64,000 nucleotides of DNA from an uncultured Gemmatimonadaceae bacterium. Its GTDB lineage: Bacteria; Gemmatimonadota; Gemmatimonadetes; Longimicrobiales; Gaopeijiaceae. Numbering within the stretch: the stretch's first letter is position 1; each line of letters starts with the position of its first letter. The stretch is taken from NCBI GenBank assembly GCA_964583815.1, contig CAZOYA010000002.1, positions 596 through 64,595 on the forward strand, given 5' to 3'. Made by a program: the position numbers and the translations under genes. The notes beneath the pieces were generated by a model, which saw nothing but the letters and a program-made list of their open reading frames with translations, made no database searches and was not told the origin of the DNA. Shown one piece after another: positions 18,315 through 27,975 of the stretch.

Positions 18315-18748
18315 ATCTGCGGGACCGTGGAGCCCATCGGCCGGAGGTAGGTGCTGATCTGGCCGCGGTGGTGCACGATGTCGAAGAGGAAGCTCCACGC
18401 CATCTCCGAGGCGGGGCGCGACCCTCCGAAGAACTCCACCGTCCCCTCCCACCGCTCCCCGGGCAGCGCCTTCCAGCGCTCGGCGATCGAGGCGGCCTGC
18501 CGCTCGTACTCGGCCACGATGTCCTTCATCGATGCGGGCATCGCGGGCGGGTCCCACTTCGCCGCGCCCGTCTCGAGGGCGTCGATGATCAGCCGTTCCT
18601 CGCAGACGATCTGCCAGGCGATCTCCTGCGCGGTGCGGGATTTCGGGTCGGGCCGGTAGTCCGATCCCTCCGGGATCTTCTCGAAGACCTTGCGGGTCGT
18701 CGCGGATTCCTTCGTCCAGAACTTCGTGAAGAGGGCCTTCTCGTCCAC
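18287..18748 (-). CDS. DinB-family protein
   Basis: GTG start preceded by GAGGAG. Contains the ...FLFDIVHHRGQISTYLR motif. Confidence 0.8.
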   Translation of the reverse strand: MDEKALFTKFWTKESATTRKVFEKIPEGSDYRPDPKSRTAQEIAWQIVCEERLIIDALETGAAKWDPPAMPASMKDIVAEYERQAASIAERWKALPGERWEGTVEFFGGSRPASEMAWSFLFDIVHHRGQISTYLRPMGSTVPQIYGPSADEP

Positions 18749-18864
18749 GGGGACTCCTCGGCGTCGTGGTGATGCGGAGTGGGCGCCCTTCCGGACGCGC
18801 GCTCCGAGGAGGATAGGCGCGCCTCGGGAGGACGCCAAGGGAGAGGCGGCCCGCAGCTGCGGTC

Positions 18865-19665
18865 TCAGCCGGCGCCGGCCGCCCGGCGCAGGAGCACGAT
18901 CTGCCCGGCGTGATAGATCCCGTGCTCGACGACGCCGCGGACCTGGACCGCCAGGCCGGCTTTCCCATCGGGACCCGGGCGCCCCAGCGTCCGGGGGTCC
19001 GCGGCCGCCACGAGGTCGGCGAGCGCACGATACCGGCGCTTCATCGCCGCGACCGCCTCGGACCACGCGTCCTCGCCGGTGTCCGTGACCGGGGGGAAGT
19101 TCCGCTCCTCGCCGACCTCGGGCGACCGGCCCTCCAGCCGCTCGCCCACGATCTCGGCCCACTGTCCCACGTGCAACACGAGCTCCCAGATCGAGTGCGC
19201 GCCGGGAATGGGACGGGAGGCCGCCGTGCGCGCGTCGACGCCCTCGAGGGCCTCCTCCAGCGTGGGGCCGTGCCACATCGGCCCGCCGACCACCGCGCGC
19301 AGCGCCTCCGCCAGGGCGCCGGGCGCCTCGCCGCTCTCGTCGTCCGATCGCCGCTCGAGGATCGTCCGGTAGTGCGCCGCGTGCTCGTCGTAGCCCGCGA
19401 GCAGGGCACGCGCGGCGGGGGGCACGTAGGAGCGCTCGTCGTCCTCGCCCGTCAGGCCGCGGACCGCGTCGAGGGAGCGGAAGCCGAGGATCGTGATGAA
19501 CTCCGCGCCGTCGGGCGTGTCGCGACGTCCGGCGACCGCGCCCAGGTATCCCGGGAGCTCCTTTTCGGCGATGCCGGGCAGCACCTCGTCGAGGAGGAGC
19601 CGCTCGTACTCGTCGGCGCGCTCAGGGGTGGTCCGGCCGCGCCAGACCCGTTGGATGTGGCTCAT
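18865..19665 (-). CDS. ABM (antibiotic-biosynthesis-monooxygenase-like) domain fused to a DinB_2 domain
   Basis: N-terminal ~100 aa have a ferredoxin-like ABM pattern (VWRGRTTPERADEYE...FITILGFRSLDAV). The C-terminal half carries HSIWELVLHV...HGIYHAGQIVLLRR. Confidence 0.7.
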   Translation of the reverse strand: MSHIQRVWRGRTTPERADEYERLLLDEVLPGIAEKELPGYLGAVAGRRDTPDGAEFITILGFRSLDAVRGLTGEDDERSYVPPAARALLAGYDEHAAHYRTILERRSDDESGEAPGALAEALRAVVGGPMWHGPTLEEALEGVDARTAASRPIPGAHSIWELVLHVGQWAEIVGERLEGRSPEVGEERNFPPVTDTGEDAWSEAVAAMKRRYRALADLVAAADPRTLGRPGPDGKAGLAVQVRGVVEHGIYHAGQIVLLRRAAGAG

Positions 19666-19813
19666 GGATGCGCTCCTGTGTCCGGGGCGTCGAGAACGTG
19701 GGGGCCGTCGGAAGTCGGGGCCGCATGGGCCGGGCCATGCGACCGGAGGGCGGGTCGTCGTAGATTCGCGCGTGGCCACGCCCACGACCAGCACCCGAGC
19801 CCGCCTCCCATCC

Positions 19814-20407
19814 ATGCGCACCCTCGTCGCCACGGCCGCCCTCCTGGTCCTGATCGCGTGTGCCCCGGAGCCGCCGGAGGGAGCTTCGGCGTCGGACCGG
19901 CCGTCCGCGGAGTCCGCCCCTCCGGCCGCTCCGGGCCCCGCTCCGGCCCGACAGGAGCCGGATTCGGCCTTCGTGGCCCTCGAGGGGGGTGGCCTGCGCG
20001 TGTTCCTGGCCTCGACCGGCTCCGCCCGACCGCTCCCGTTCGGCACGGCCTCCGCCGACGCGACGAGGGTGCTGAGCGCCGCGCTCGGAGGCGCGCCGGT
20101 CGAGCAGGGCGTGGTCGTGGACTGCGCCGCGGAATACGCGCGCTGGGACGACGGTCTCACGGTCTGGTTCGCCGACGGGCGCTTCGCCGGATGGAGCCTG
20201 GACCGCGGAAGCGCCCTCACCACCGCAGACGGGCTGGGCCTCGGCACCACGCGATCGGCGCTGGAGGCCGCGCGCGAGATCACCGTCACGCGCTCGAGCC
20301 TGGGCGCGGAGTTCACGGTGGGCGAGCTGGCGGGCCTGCTGGAATCGGACGCGGCGGACGCGCGGATCCAGCACCTGTGGTCCGGTCACACGTGCATCGC
20401 GCGGTGA
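19814..20407 (+). CDS. lipoprotein, unknown function
   Basis: Lipobox LLVLIAC followed by a Pro/Ala-rich linker. High GC3. Confidence 0.6.
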   Translation: MRTLVATAALLVLIACAPEPPEGASASDRPSAESAPPAAPGPAPARQEPDSAFVALEGGGLRVFLASTGSARPLPFGTASADATRVLSAALGGAPVEQGVVVDCAAEYARWDDGLTVWFADGRFAGWSLDRGSALTTADGLGLGTTRSALEAAREITVTRSSLGAEFTVGELAGLLESDAADARIQHLWSGHTCIAR

Positions 20408-20482
20408 CGCGGACGCTCGCCGCGCGGGGGGTGCTCGGCTCGGCCGCGCCGACGGTGCGGTGCGTGCCTCGCAGACGGGCTG

Positions 20483-20860
20483 CTAGTCCTCCCTGAGGCG
20501 CACCCCCGGCACGTCGCGAAAGTCCGCCGGGTTCAGCGTCCACAAGGACGCGTTCCACGATACGGCGCAGGCCGCGATGGCCAGGTCGATCTCGCGGCCT
20601 CGGGGCTCGCCTGCGCTCCGGTACAGCTCCGCGGCCTTCGCCGCTTCCAGGGGACCGAAAGGGACCGCCTGGGCGCTCGGAAAGAGCGCCTCCTGCGCCT
20701 CGAGCTCCGCGGGATCGCGCGGACCACGCAGCCACTCGTACAGCACGAGCGTCGGTACGGCGATCCGGTGTCCGTCCTCGATGGCCGAGCGGAGACGCTC
20801 GCGGACCTCGCCGTCGGAGGCGAACGCCTCGATCAGAACCGAGGTGTCCAGCAGGATCAC
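20483..20860 (-). CDS. vapC: PIN-domain toxin VapC
   Basis: VILLDTSVLIE... start, with acidic PIN residues. The GTG overlaps the antitoxin stop by 4 nt. Confidence 0.85.
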   Translation of the reverse strand: MILLDTSVLIEAFASDGEVRERLRSAIEDGHRIAVPTLVLYEWLRGPRDPAELEAQEALFPSAQAVPFGPLEAAKAAELYRSAGEPRGREIDLAIAACAVSWNASLWTLNPADFRDVPGVRLRED

Positions 20861-21147
20861 GCGCCCGACGGCTCCGCCGAAGCGCGTCCGGGGCTCCTGC
20901 GGGCGCGCCGTACGGCGGCGAGCTCCCGGTCGACCTCCGCCCGGGGGCGTTCGGGCAGGGAAGGCAGCATGCGATCGAAGGTCGCGAGCATACGCGCGCG
21001 TTCCTCGTCGCCGAGACGGCCGAGCTGCTCGTCGTAGAGCTCCAGGGCCTCCCGAACGACCTGGCTCTTCGGGATTTCCAGCCGCTCGGAGGCCCGTTCC
21101 AGGACGCGGATCGCCTGGTCGTCGAGCGTGAACGTGACCTTCTTCAT
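20857..21147 (-). CDS. vapB: ribbon-helix-helix (CopG-like) antitoxin VapB
   Basis: MKKVTFTLDDQAIRVLERASERLEIPKSQVVREALE is an RHH pattern. Confidence 0.8.
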   Translation of the reverse strand: MKKVTFTLDDQAIRVLERASERLEIPKSQVVREALELYDEQLGRLGDEERARMLATFDRMLPSLPERPRAEVDRELAAVRRARRSPGRASAEPSGA

Positions 21148-21154
21148 GGTACCG

Positions 21155-21183
21155 TATATATGGCCACAATACTTATGGTGCAA
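21155..21183 (-). promoter_or_regulatory. promoter TTGCAC-N17-TATATA, 7 nt upstream of the vapB ATG (probable leaderless transcript)
   Basis: Read on the minus strand: TTGCAC CATAAGTATTGTGGCCA TATATA CGGTACC ATG. Confidence 0.5.
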
Positions 21184-21282
21184 GCGGGCGTGCCCGCGAC
21201 CCACGCGCGCCCGTAGATTGGTGGCTTCCGGCCTCACGGTGGCCCGCGACAACCCTCCGAACGAATCCGACCGGCACTTCCC

Positions 21283-21609
21283 ATGGGATCCCGTCACGAG
21301 CGGACCGAGCCGGTCCACGAGCCCGTCCGCGCGACTCCACCCCGCGTGCCGCGCATCGGGCGCGTCCTGGACCTCGTCGGGCTCGCCCTGTTCGCCGGTG
21401 GCGTCGCGGTCTGCGTGCGGGCCTGGAGCGGCTTCCGCAGCGTCGAGGCATTCCAGCCGGGCCCCGACGACCCCCTCTGGTCCGCGCTCCGCATGGCGGA
21501 CGGCTACTGGCGGCTCCAGCGCGTGGGGGTGGGGCTGATGGTCGGCGGAGTCGCGGTCTTCGCGCTGGCGTGGTGGGTGGCGCGACGCCGTAGCGCCGTC
21601 CCGTCGTAG
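21283..21609 (+). CDS. small membrane protein (two TM helices)
   Basis: GC3 is near saturation. Hydrophobic segments VLDLVGLALFAGGVAVCV and VGVGLMVGGVAVFALAWWV. Confidence 0.55.
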   Translation: MGSRHERTEPVHEPVRATPPRVPRIGRVLDLVGLALFAGGVAVCVRAWSGFRSVEAFQPGPDDPLWSALRMADGYWRLQRVGVGLMVGGVAVFALAWWVARRRSAVPS

Positions 21610-21613
21610 GACC

Positions 21614-24600
21614 CTACCGGGTCTCGCCCGGCCGCGGCGCGCCGGTCGCGCCCGGATCGTCGGCGTCCCCGTCCGACACGGGGCCCGTCACGAGCGGGGC
21701 GAGCATCGGCGCCAGCTGCCGGAACACCTGCACCGGGAGCGCCGAGGTGAAGCGGTACTCGCCCGCCTCGGGGCCGAGGACGAACGCCGTCAGCACGCCG
21801 AAGTAGCGGTCCCCGATGTGGAAGGTGAAGGCGGCGGTCCGGTTCACCACGGTGTAGCCGGTCACGGCGCCGGTGCGGGTGTAGGTGTAGCGCCGGTTGT
21901 CTCCGGTGCCGGTCTTGCCGCCGATCGCGACCGGAACCCCGTCCGGACCCGTGATGGAAGCCAGGGCCCGCCGCCCGGTGCCGTTCTCGACGACGTCCCC
22001 GAGCGCCGCGAGCGCCGTCCGCGCCACCTCCGGCGGCAGCACCGCTTCGCCCTCGACCGGGGCCGCGACGAGGCCCGTCTCGTAGGGCGTGTCCGGACCG
22101 AAGCGGAGACCCTCCACCATGACCGTGGGTCGCCGGACACCGTCGTTGACGAGGATCCCCATCAGCTCGGCGAGCGACGAAGGCCGATCCCCCGAGCTGC
22201 CGATCGACGTGGCCAGCGACGGCACCAGGTTCACGAACGGATATCCGAGCCGCCGCCAGGAGCGCCCGATCTCGAGGAACGCCTCGACCTCGAGCATGGT
22301 GCGGATGCGCTGATCCTGGGCCGATACGCTGGACCGGAACAGCCAGCGGTAGACCTCCTGGCGCGCGTCGGCGCTCGCCGCGACGATCTCGGCCAGCGAC
22401 GCGCCCGGGTGCTGGAGCAGGTGGCGCACGACCTGGATCTCCAGCGGATGGACGCCCGACAGATAGCCGAGGTCGGGGAGGTCGTGGACGGCCGCGTCGG
22501 CGCGCCGCACCGCGTCCTCGAGCGCGCGCAGGGTCACCGTGCCCGCGGGGTCGAGCGCCCCGAGCAGGTTGCCGAGCTCCTCGGCGCCTCCCTCCGGACG
22601 CACGGCGCGGAACGCCCAGGCCGCACGCTGCAGGTTCCCCGTGCGCCCCTCGAGGAACCGCTGGAGGACCCGGTCCGCGGCCACGCCGTCGTACTTGCGA
22701 TGGAACCGCGAGATGAAGATGCGCCCCTCCCGGTCCGCGAAGCGCTGCAGGTACTCCGTCCGTCGGGGATCGGCGGGGTCCTGGAGGACGAGCGCGCTCG
22801 AGCCGGGGATCCGCAGGGTGTGGTAGCGCACGATGTCGCGCATCATGCGGACGAAGACGAGGTTCACCGACTGCCGGAATCCTTCGGAGACCGTCACCCG
22901 GCGGGCGTCGTACACGTCGTCGAAGTTCGAGAACCGGTGGAGTCCGCCGCCGGTGAAGAACGCTTCCGCCGGGCTCGCCGAGTACGTCCGGGACATCGCC
23001 GCGGCGAGCGTCTCCGAGAGCGTCGCCTCGGGGCTCGCGCGCAGATGCTCGTGCGTCCAGCGCGTGAGCGGGTCGTCGTGGACCGCGACGAGCGAGTCGC
23101 GCTGCGCGGCGTCGAGACCGGAGAGCTCCCCGTGGACGGAGGCGACGATCTCCAGGTACGTCACGAGCGTCCGCAGCTTGGCGGTGGAGCCGAGCTCGAG
23201 CTTGGAGTCCCGGTTGATGTCGAAGGGGCCCGGGAAGTTGTCGGCCTGCACGCGCAGCAGGTTGCCCTGCGGCGTCCGCTCGAGCAGGAGCAGGCTGTAG
23301 TGCACGCGCGACGGGTCGGCGGCCTCGAGCAGGCGGGGGCCCGTGAGCCCCGAGGCGCGCACATAGTCCGCGTCCCGCAGGCGCGCGAGCTCCTCGGATA
23401 CGGCCTGCTGCGTCGGCACGGAGATCGTCGACCGCACCTCGAGATCGAGCCGGTCCAGCTCGTAGAGGCGGCCGACCCCGAGGAGCCCGAGCAGGTTCGA
23501 CCGCACGGCACTGGCGGCCTTGCGGTGGACGAAGTCGATGGGTGGCTGCTCCGGAGCGTGCGCGCGGAGCTCCATCCGCTCGCGTGCGGCGAGCGTGGAC
23601 TCCGCGAGATCGGGCGAGATCACGCCGTCCCGCGCCAGGAGCCGGACGTGGCTGTCCACGAGGTCGGCGAGGTCGACGCGGCCCTGCGGCCGGGTCAGGT
23701 ACCAGGTCGGCCGCCGCTGGGCCACGAACAGGCTGAGCACCGCGCGGAAGGCCTCCGCCTTGGCCTGGAGCTCCGCCTCGCTCGCCTCCTCGTCGTCCAC
23801 GCGCAGGGCGGGGACCACCTCCTCGAAGTCGAGACCGTACCAGGCCCAGAGGCCGTTCCCGAGGCCGTTGACCTCGCCGTACCCCTCGATGGCGGACAGC
23901 GGCACGGCATTGACGTAGTCCCGCACGATGCGGCGCCGCGCCTCCGACGTGGCGGGCCCGTCGACGTAGGCACGCGCCGAGGCCGAGGCGATCTGCCGGA
24001 GCTTGTCGCGCGGATCGGTGGTGACGCCGCCCGGAGAGTGGCGGAACTTCTCGAGCTGGATCGCGAGCGTGCTTCCTCCCCCGGACGCGGACGCGGGGCC
24101 GCCGAACGAGCGCAGCCCGCGACCCAGGACCGCCCCGGTGAGGCGCCGCCACTCGATCGCCGGGTTCGTGGTCGGCGCGGCCGGGTCGAGCAGCTCCCGG
24201 TTCTCGATCCACAGGAGCGCGTCCCGCACCACCGGCGGGATGTCCTCGAAGGACGCGAACAGGTTGTCCGGATAGCGCGCGCGGAAGACCGGCTCCCCCT
24301 CCTCGCCCAGGACGTACAGGCCGGCGCTGCCCTTCTCCCGATAGATCGGGAAGAGCCCCCAGCCCGTCAGGCGCGTGAGGCCGGGGGAGGGCACCGCCTG
24401 GGACCGGACCACGAACCCGCGGGACTCCAGGCGCTCCCGGAACGCGGGGATCCGGGCATAGCCGTGGCGGGCGTCGTAGGGCCCGTCGGGTGCCCGGAGC
24501 GCCAGGGAGGGCGCGATCGAGTCGCTCGAGATCGTCCAGCTGCTCGCGGCGGCGAGCCGGCTGAAGGCCAGCGACTGGATCCACGACCGGCTCGTCTCGA

Positions 24601-24784
24601 CCCAGGCGAGGGAGACGAGCGCGGCGGCGCCCGCGAGCCCGAGGAGCGCCCGGCGGCGGGGGAGCCGGGGCCGGAACCGGCGGGCCGGCTCCGCCTCTTC
24701 GTCACCGAACGGAAGCGGGACCAGCGGACCGTCCGCGAGGTCTTCGAGCGTGACAGCTGGTCCGGAGGACCGGGGGGCGTCCAT
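21614..24784 (-). CDS. large GT51 peptidoglycan glycosyltransferase / penicillin-binding-protein-like protein (1056 aa)
   Basis: N-terminal TM helix; GT51 motifs ALLWIENREL and GGSTLAIQLEK; candidate SxxK (LGSTAKL, about aa 533) and KTG (GGKTGTG, about aa 956). Confidence 0.8.
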   Translation of the reverse strand: MDAPRSSGPAVTLEDLADGPLVPLPFGDEEAEPARRFRPRLPRRRALLGLAGAAALVSLAWVETSRSWIQSLAFSRLAAASSWTISSDSIAPSLALRAPDGPYDARHGYARIPAFRERLESRGFVVRSQAVPSPGLTRLTGWGLFPIYREKGSAGLYVLGEEGEPVFRARYPDNLFASFEDIPPVVRDALLWIENRELLDPAAPTTNPAIEWRRLTGAVLGRGLRSFGGPASASGGGSTLAIQLEKFRHSPGGVTTDPRDKLRQIASASARAYVDGPATSEARRRIVRDYVNAVPLSAIEGYGEVNGLGNGLWAWYGLDFEEVVPALRVDDEEASEAELQAKAEAFRAVLSLFVAQRRPTWYLTRPQGRVDLADLVDSHVRLLARDGVISPDLAESTLAARERMELRAHAPEQPPIDFVHRKAASAVRSNLLGLLGVGRLYELDRLDLEVRSTISVPTQQAVSEELARLRDADYVRASGLTGPRLLEAADPSRVHYSLLLLERTPQGNLLRVQADNFPGPFDINRDSKLELGSTAKLRTLVTYLEIVASVHGELSGLDAAQRDSLVAVHDDPLTRWTHEHLRASPEATLSETLAAAMSRTYSASPAEAFFTGGGLHRFSNFDDVYDARRVTVSEGFRQSVNLVFVRMMRDIVRYHTLRIPGSSALVLQDPADPRRTEYLQRFADREGRIFISRFHRKYDGVAADRVLQRFLEGRTGNLQRAAWAFRAVRPEGGAEELGNLLGALDPAGTVTLRALEDAVRRADAAVHDLPDLGYLSGVHPLEIQVVRHLLQHPGASLAEIVAASADARQEVYRWLFRSSVSAQDQRIRTMLEVEAFLEIGRSWRRLGYPFVNLVPSLATSIGSSGDRPSSLAELMGILVNDGVRRPTVMVEGLRFGPDTPYETGLVAAPVEGEAVLPPEVARTALAALGDVVENGTGRRALASITGPDGVPVAIGGKTGTGDNRRYTYTRTGAVTGYTVVNRTAAFTFHIGDRYFGVLTAFVLGPEAGEYRFTSALPVQVFRQLAPMLAPLVTGPVSDGDADDPGATGAPRPGETR

Positions 24785-24918
24785 CGTGACCGCAAAGCTC
24801 GATGCAAAGGCCTTTCACGACAAGGCCTTCGGACGCGGACCGGCGGGGGGGCATGGTCAGCGGGCCGCGCTGCGGTGTAGACTGCCGACGCAGCGCGTCC
24901 CACCCCTCCGAGCCCCCC

Positions 24919-26445
24919 ATGCCGCGGACCCCACCGAGACCCCCGCAGGGCCGCCGTCCGAGCTCGCTCTCCGTGCGGCTCCTCGTGCCGCTCGTGCTCG
25001 CGGTCGGGGGCGTGATGGCGGCGTTCGCGGCGTGGGCGCTGCTGCAGCGCGAGCGGACCCTGGTCGCCGACGCCAGGCGCGAGACGCAGGCGTTCGGCAC
25101 GGCCCTGGGTCTCGCCTTCGAGGCGGCCTTCGCCGACCCCGATCGCGCCGCGGTTCCGGAGATCGTCGAGCGGATCTCCCGGCAGCCGAGCGTGCACGGC
25201 GTCGTGGTCTACGACCTCACGGGACGACCCCTGGCGGGTCCCGGCGCGCTCGCCGACGAGGCGGAGTTCTCCACCCCGGAAGAGGTGCGTCGGGTCCTCG
25301 CGGCCGGCGGGGCCGCCGACTTCGAGCGGATGCAGGACGGCGTGGACGTCTACTCGGTGCTGCGCCCGATCCTCGGCGCGGAGGGGGCGGTCGTGGGCGC
25401 GTTCGAGGTGCTCCAGCCGCTCTCGTTCGTGGCGGAGGAGAAGGCCCGAACCCGCCTCCGCTTCGCCCTCAACACCGCCGCGCTCCTGGCCGCGGTGACG
25501 CTGCTGCTCCTCTGGCTCGTCCGACGGCTCGTGTCGGAGCCGCTCCGGGGCTTCGCGGCCGACGTGCGCGAGCTGGGCACGGGCCGCCTGGACCATCGCG
25601 TGAGCGCGGGCGTGGCGATCGCCGAGTTCGCGACCATCGCCGGGGAGCTCAACCGCATGGCGGCGGGGCTGCAGGCGGCCCAGGCGGAGCTGGTGCGGAG
25701 CGGGGAGGAGCGGCTCGAGCTCGAGCGCCAGGTCCGGAAAGCCGAGAAGCTGGCCATGGTCGGCCGCCTCGCCGCCGGGCTCGCCCACGAGATCGGGGCG
25801 CCGCTGCACGTCATCCGGGGGCGCGCGGACCTGCTGCTCGCGGCTTCGGAGCGCCGCCCGGCGGATGCGCGCCAGCTCGGCATCATCGTGCAGCAGATCG
25901 ACCGCATCACGCGGATCGTGCGCAAGCTGCTCGACTTCGCCCGCACCGGCGAGCCGTCCCGGGAGGTCGTGGATCTCGTCCCGATCGTGGACGGGGTGCT
26001 CGAGCTCGTCTCGCTCGAGCTCTCGCGCACGGGCATCCGGAGTTGCCGCTCGGGCGTGCCGCGGGCGCTCGTGGTGGGGGACCCGGATCAGCTCCAGCAG
26101 GTCCTGCTGAACCTCGTGCTGAACGCGTCGCAGGCGCTGGCGGAGGCTCCCGGCGAGCGCGCCATCGAGGTGCGCGTATCGCGCGCCGCGGGGAACGGCG
26201 CCGGGGAGATCGTCGTCGAGGTCGTCGACTCCGGCCCCGGGATCCCGGCCGAGTTCCGGGACCGCGTCTTCGAGCCCTTCTTCACGACCCGGGGGGGACG
26301 CGAGGGCACCGGGCTGGGGCTCGCCGTGGCGCGGTGGATCGTCGAGGAGCACCAGGGACGGCTCGACGTGGCCTCCGGGAACGGATCGGGGACGGTGCTC
26401 TCGGTCGCGCTTCCCGCCGGCGAGGGAGCGGACGATGGCCGGTGA
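24919..26445 (+). CDS. sensor histidine kinase (periplasmic sensor, HAMP, HisKA, HATPase_c)
   Basis: Two TM helices, H-box LAHEIGAPLHVI, N box LLNLVLNASQA, G boxes DSGPGI and GTGLGLA. Start chosen at the ATG at 24919; alternatives lie upstream. Confidence 0.85.
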   Translation: MPRTPPRPPQGRRPSSLSVRLLVPLVLAVGGVMAAFAAWALLQRERTLVADARRETQAFGTALGLAFEAAFADPDRAAVPEIVERISRQPSVHGVVVYDLTGRPLAGPGALADEAEFSTPEEVRRVLAAGGAADFERMQDGVDVYSVLRPILGAEGAVVGAFEVLQPLSFVAEEKARTRLRFALNTAALLAAVTLLLLWLVRRLVSEPLRGFAADVRELGTGRLDHRVSAGVAIAEFATIAGELNRMAAGLQAAQAELVRSGEERLELERQVRKAEKLAMVGRLAAGLAHEIGAPLHVIRGRADLLLAASERRPADARQLGIIVQQIDRITRIVRKLLDFARTGEPSREVVDLVPIVDGVLELVSLELSRTGIRSCRSGVPRALVVGDPDQLQQVLLNLVLNASQALAEAPGERAIEVRVSRAAGNGAGEIVVEVVDSGPGIPAEFRDRVFEPFFTTRGGREGTGLGLAVARWIVEEHQGRLDVASGNGSGTVLSVALPAGEGADDGR

Positions 26446-27811
26446 GCGCATCCTCCTCGCCGAGGACGACCGGGACCTGCGCCTCCTCCTCGCCGAGGTG
26501 CTCGACGGGGCCGGCTACCGCGTGCGCGCGGTAGCCTCGGGCGCGGAAGCGCTGCACGAGCTCCGCGATCCGGAGCTCGATCTCGTCGTCACGGACCTGA
26601 TCATGCCGGGCGCGAGCGGGAAGGACGTCCTGCAGGTGGCGCGTGAGCTGCGGACCGATCTGAACGTGCTCGTGATCACGGCGTTCGGCACGATCGAGTC
26701 CGCGATCGAGCTCGTGAAGCAGGGCGCTTTCGACTATCTGACGAAGCCGTTCTCGAACGAGGAGCTGCTGCTGTCGGTGCAGCGCGCGCTGGAGGAGAGC
26801 CGGCTGCGCCGAGAGAGCGCCTCGGCCGCCCGCGACCCGGCCGTGCCGAGGGGGTTCGTGGGCGCGAGCGGGCCCATGCGCGCGCTCTTCGAGATGATCC
26901 GGAAGGTCGGCCCCTCCCCGCTGCCGGTACTGGTGACCGGGGAGACCGGCACCGGGAAGGAGCTGGTCGCGCGCGCCCTGCACGACGCGAGCGGGCGCGG
27001 GCCCTTCGTCGCGCTCAACTGCGCGGCGCTCCCGGAGAACCTGCTCGAGTCGGAGCTCTTCGGACACGAGCGCGGCGCGTTCACGGGGGCGGACCGGGCG
27101 AAGCCGGGCCTCTTCGAGGCCGCCGACGGGGGGACGCTCCTGCTCGACGAGATCGGCGAGCTTCCGCTCCCCCTCCAGCCCAAGCTGCTCCGCGCGCTCG
27201 AAGGCGGCGAGATCCGGCGGGTCGGCGCGACGCGGCCGCTCACCGTCGAGGTGCGCGTGATCGCGGCCACCAACCGCGATCTCGAGGAGGAGGTCGCGGC
27301 CGGCCGGTTCCGCGAGGACCTGTACTGGCGACTGAACGGGCTGTCGCTGCACGTGCTGCCGCTCCGGGAGCGCCCCGCGGACATCCCGGCGCTCGTCTCC
27401 CACTTCGTCGAGCGGCACCGGGCCCAGCTCGGAGCCCGGGATGGCGGCGGGCGGGAGGACGGCGGCCCCCGGTTCACGGCCGAAGCCATGGGTCTGCTCA
27501 CGAGCTACGCGTGGCCCGGGAACGTCCGGGAGCTCCGCACGCTCGTCGAGCGGTGCGTGACGCTGGCCGACGGCGGCGTCGTCGACGCGAGCCTCCTTCC
27601 CGATCGCGTGCGGCGCGGCGGGCTCGCGCGTGCGACCGTCCGGGACGCCGCCGCCCGGCAGGTGCGCCTCGCCGAGCTCGAGCGGGCCTACATCCTCGAG
27701 ATCCTGCGCAGCACCGGGGGCAACAAGTCCCGGACGGCCGAGATCCTCGGGCTCGACCGCAAGACGCTCTACCGGAAGCTCCAGGAGTACGCGACCGAGA
27801 GCGAGGCGTAG
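26435..27811 (+). CDS. sigma-54-dependent response regulator (NtrC/AtoC family)
   Basis: Overlaps the kinase gene by 11 nt. REC domain (ILLAEDD...VVTDLIMPG), [14 protein letters not shown], and Fis-type HTH TAEILGLDRKTLYRKL. Confidence 0.9.
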   Translation: MAGERILLAEDDRDLRLLLAEVLDGAGYRVRAVASGAEALHELRDPELDLVVTDLIMPGASGKDVLQVARELRTDLNVLVITAFGTIESAIELVKQGAFDYLTKPFSNEELLLSVQRALEESRLRRESASAARDPAVPRGFVGASGPMRALFEMIRKVGPSPLPVLVTGETGTGKELVARALHDASGRGPFVALNCAALPENLLESELFGHERGAFTGADRAKPGLFEAADGGTLLLDEIGELPLPLQPKLLRALEGGEIRRVGATRPLTVEVRVIAATNRDLEEEVAAGRFREDLYWRLNGLSLHVLPLRERPADIPALVSHFVERHRAQLGARDGGGREDGGPRFTAEAMGLLTSYAWPGNVRELRTLVERCVTLADGGVVDASLLPDRVRRGGLARATVRDAAARQVRLAELERAYILEILRSTGGNKSRTAEILGLDRKTLYRKLQEYATESEA

Positions 27812-27975
27812 CATCCCGCCCCGCCGGTGGGGCATTTCGCCCCGGTGCGGGTGGCGCGGAGGGCCGGCGGGGCCCCGGGGGAGTGGGCCTGGCCGGTGTG
27901 CAACTCGTTGACCTCCCACGGGATGCGGCGTCCGTGAGCCCTCTTGCCGCGCCGGTCCCGGAAACGGCACGCTTC

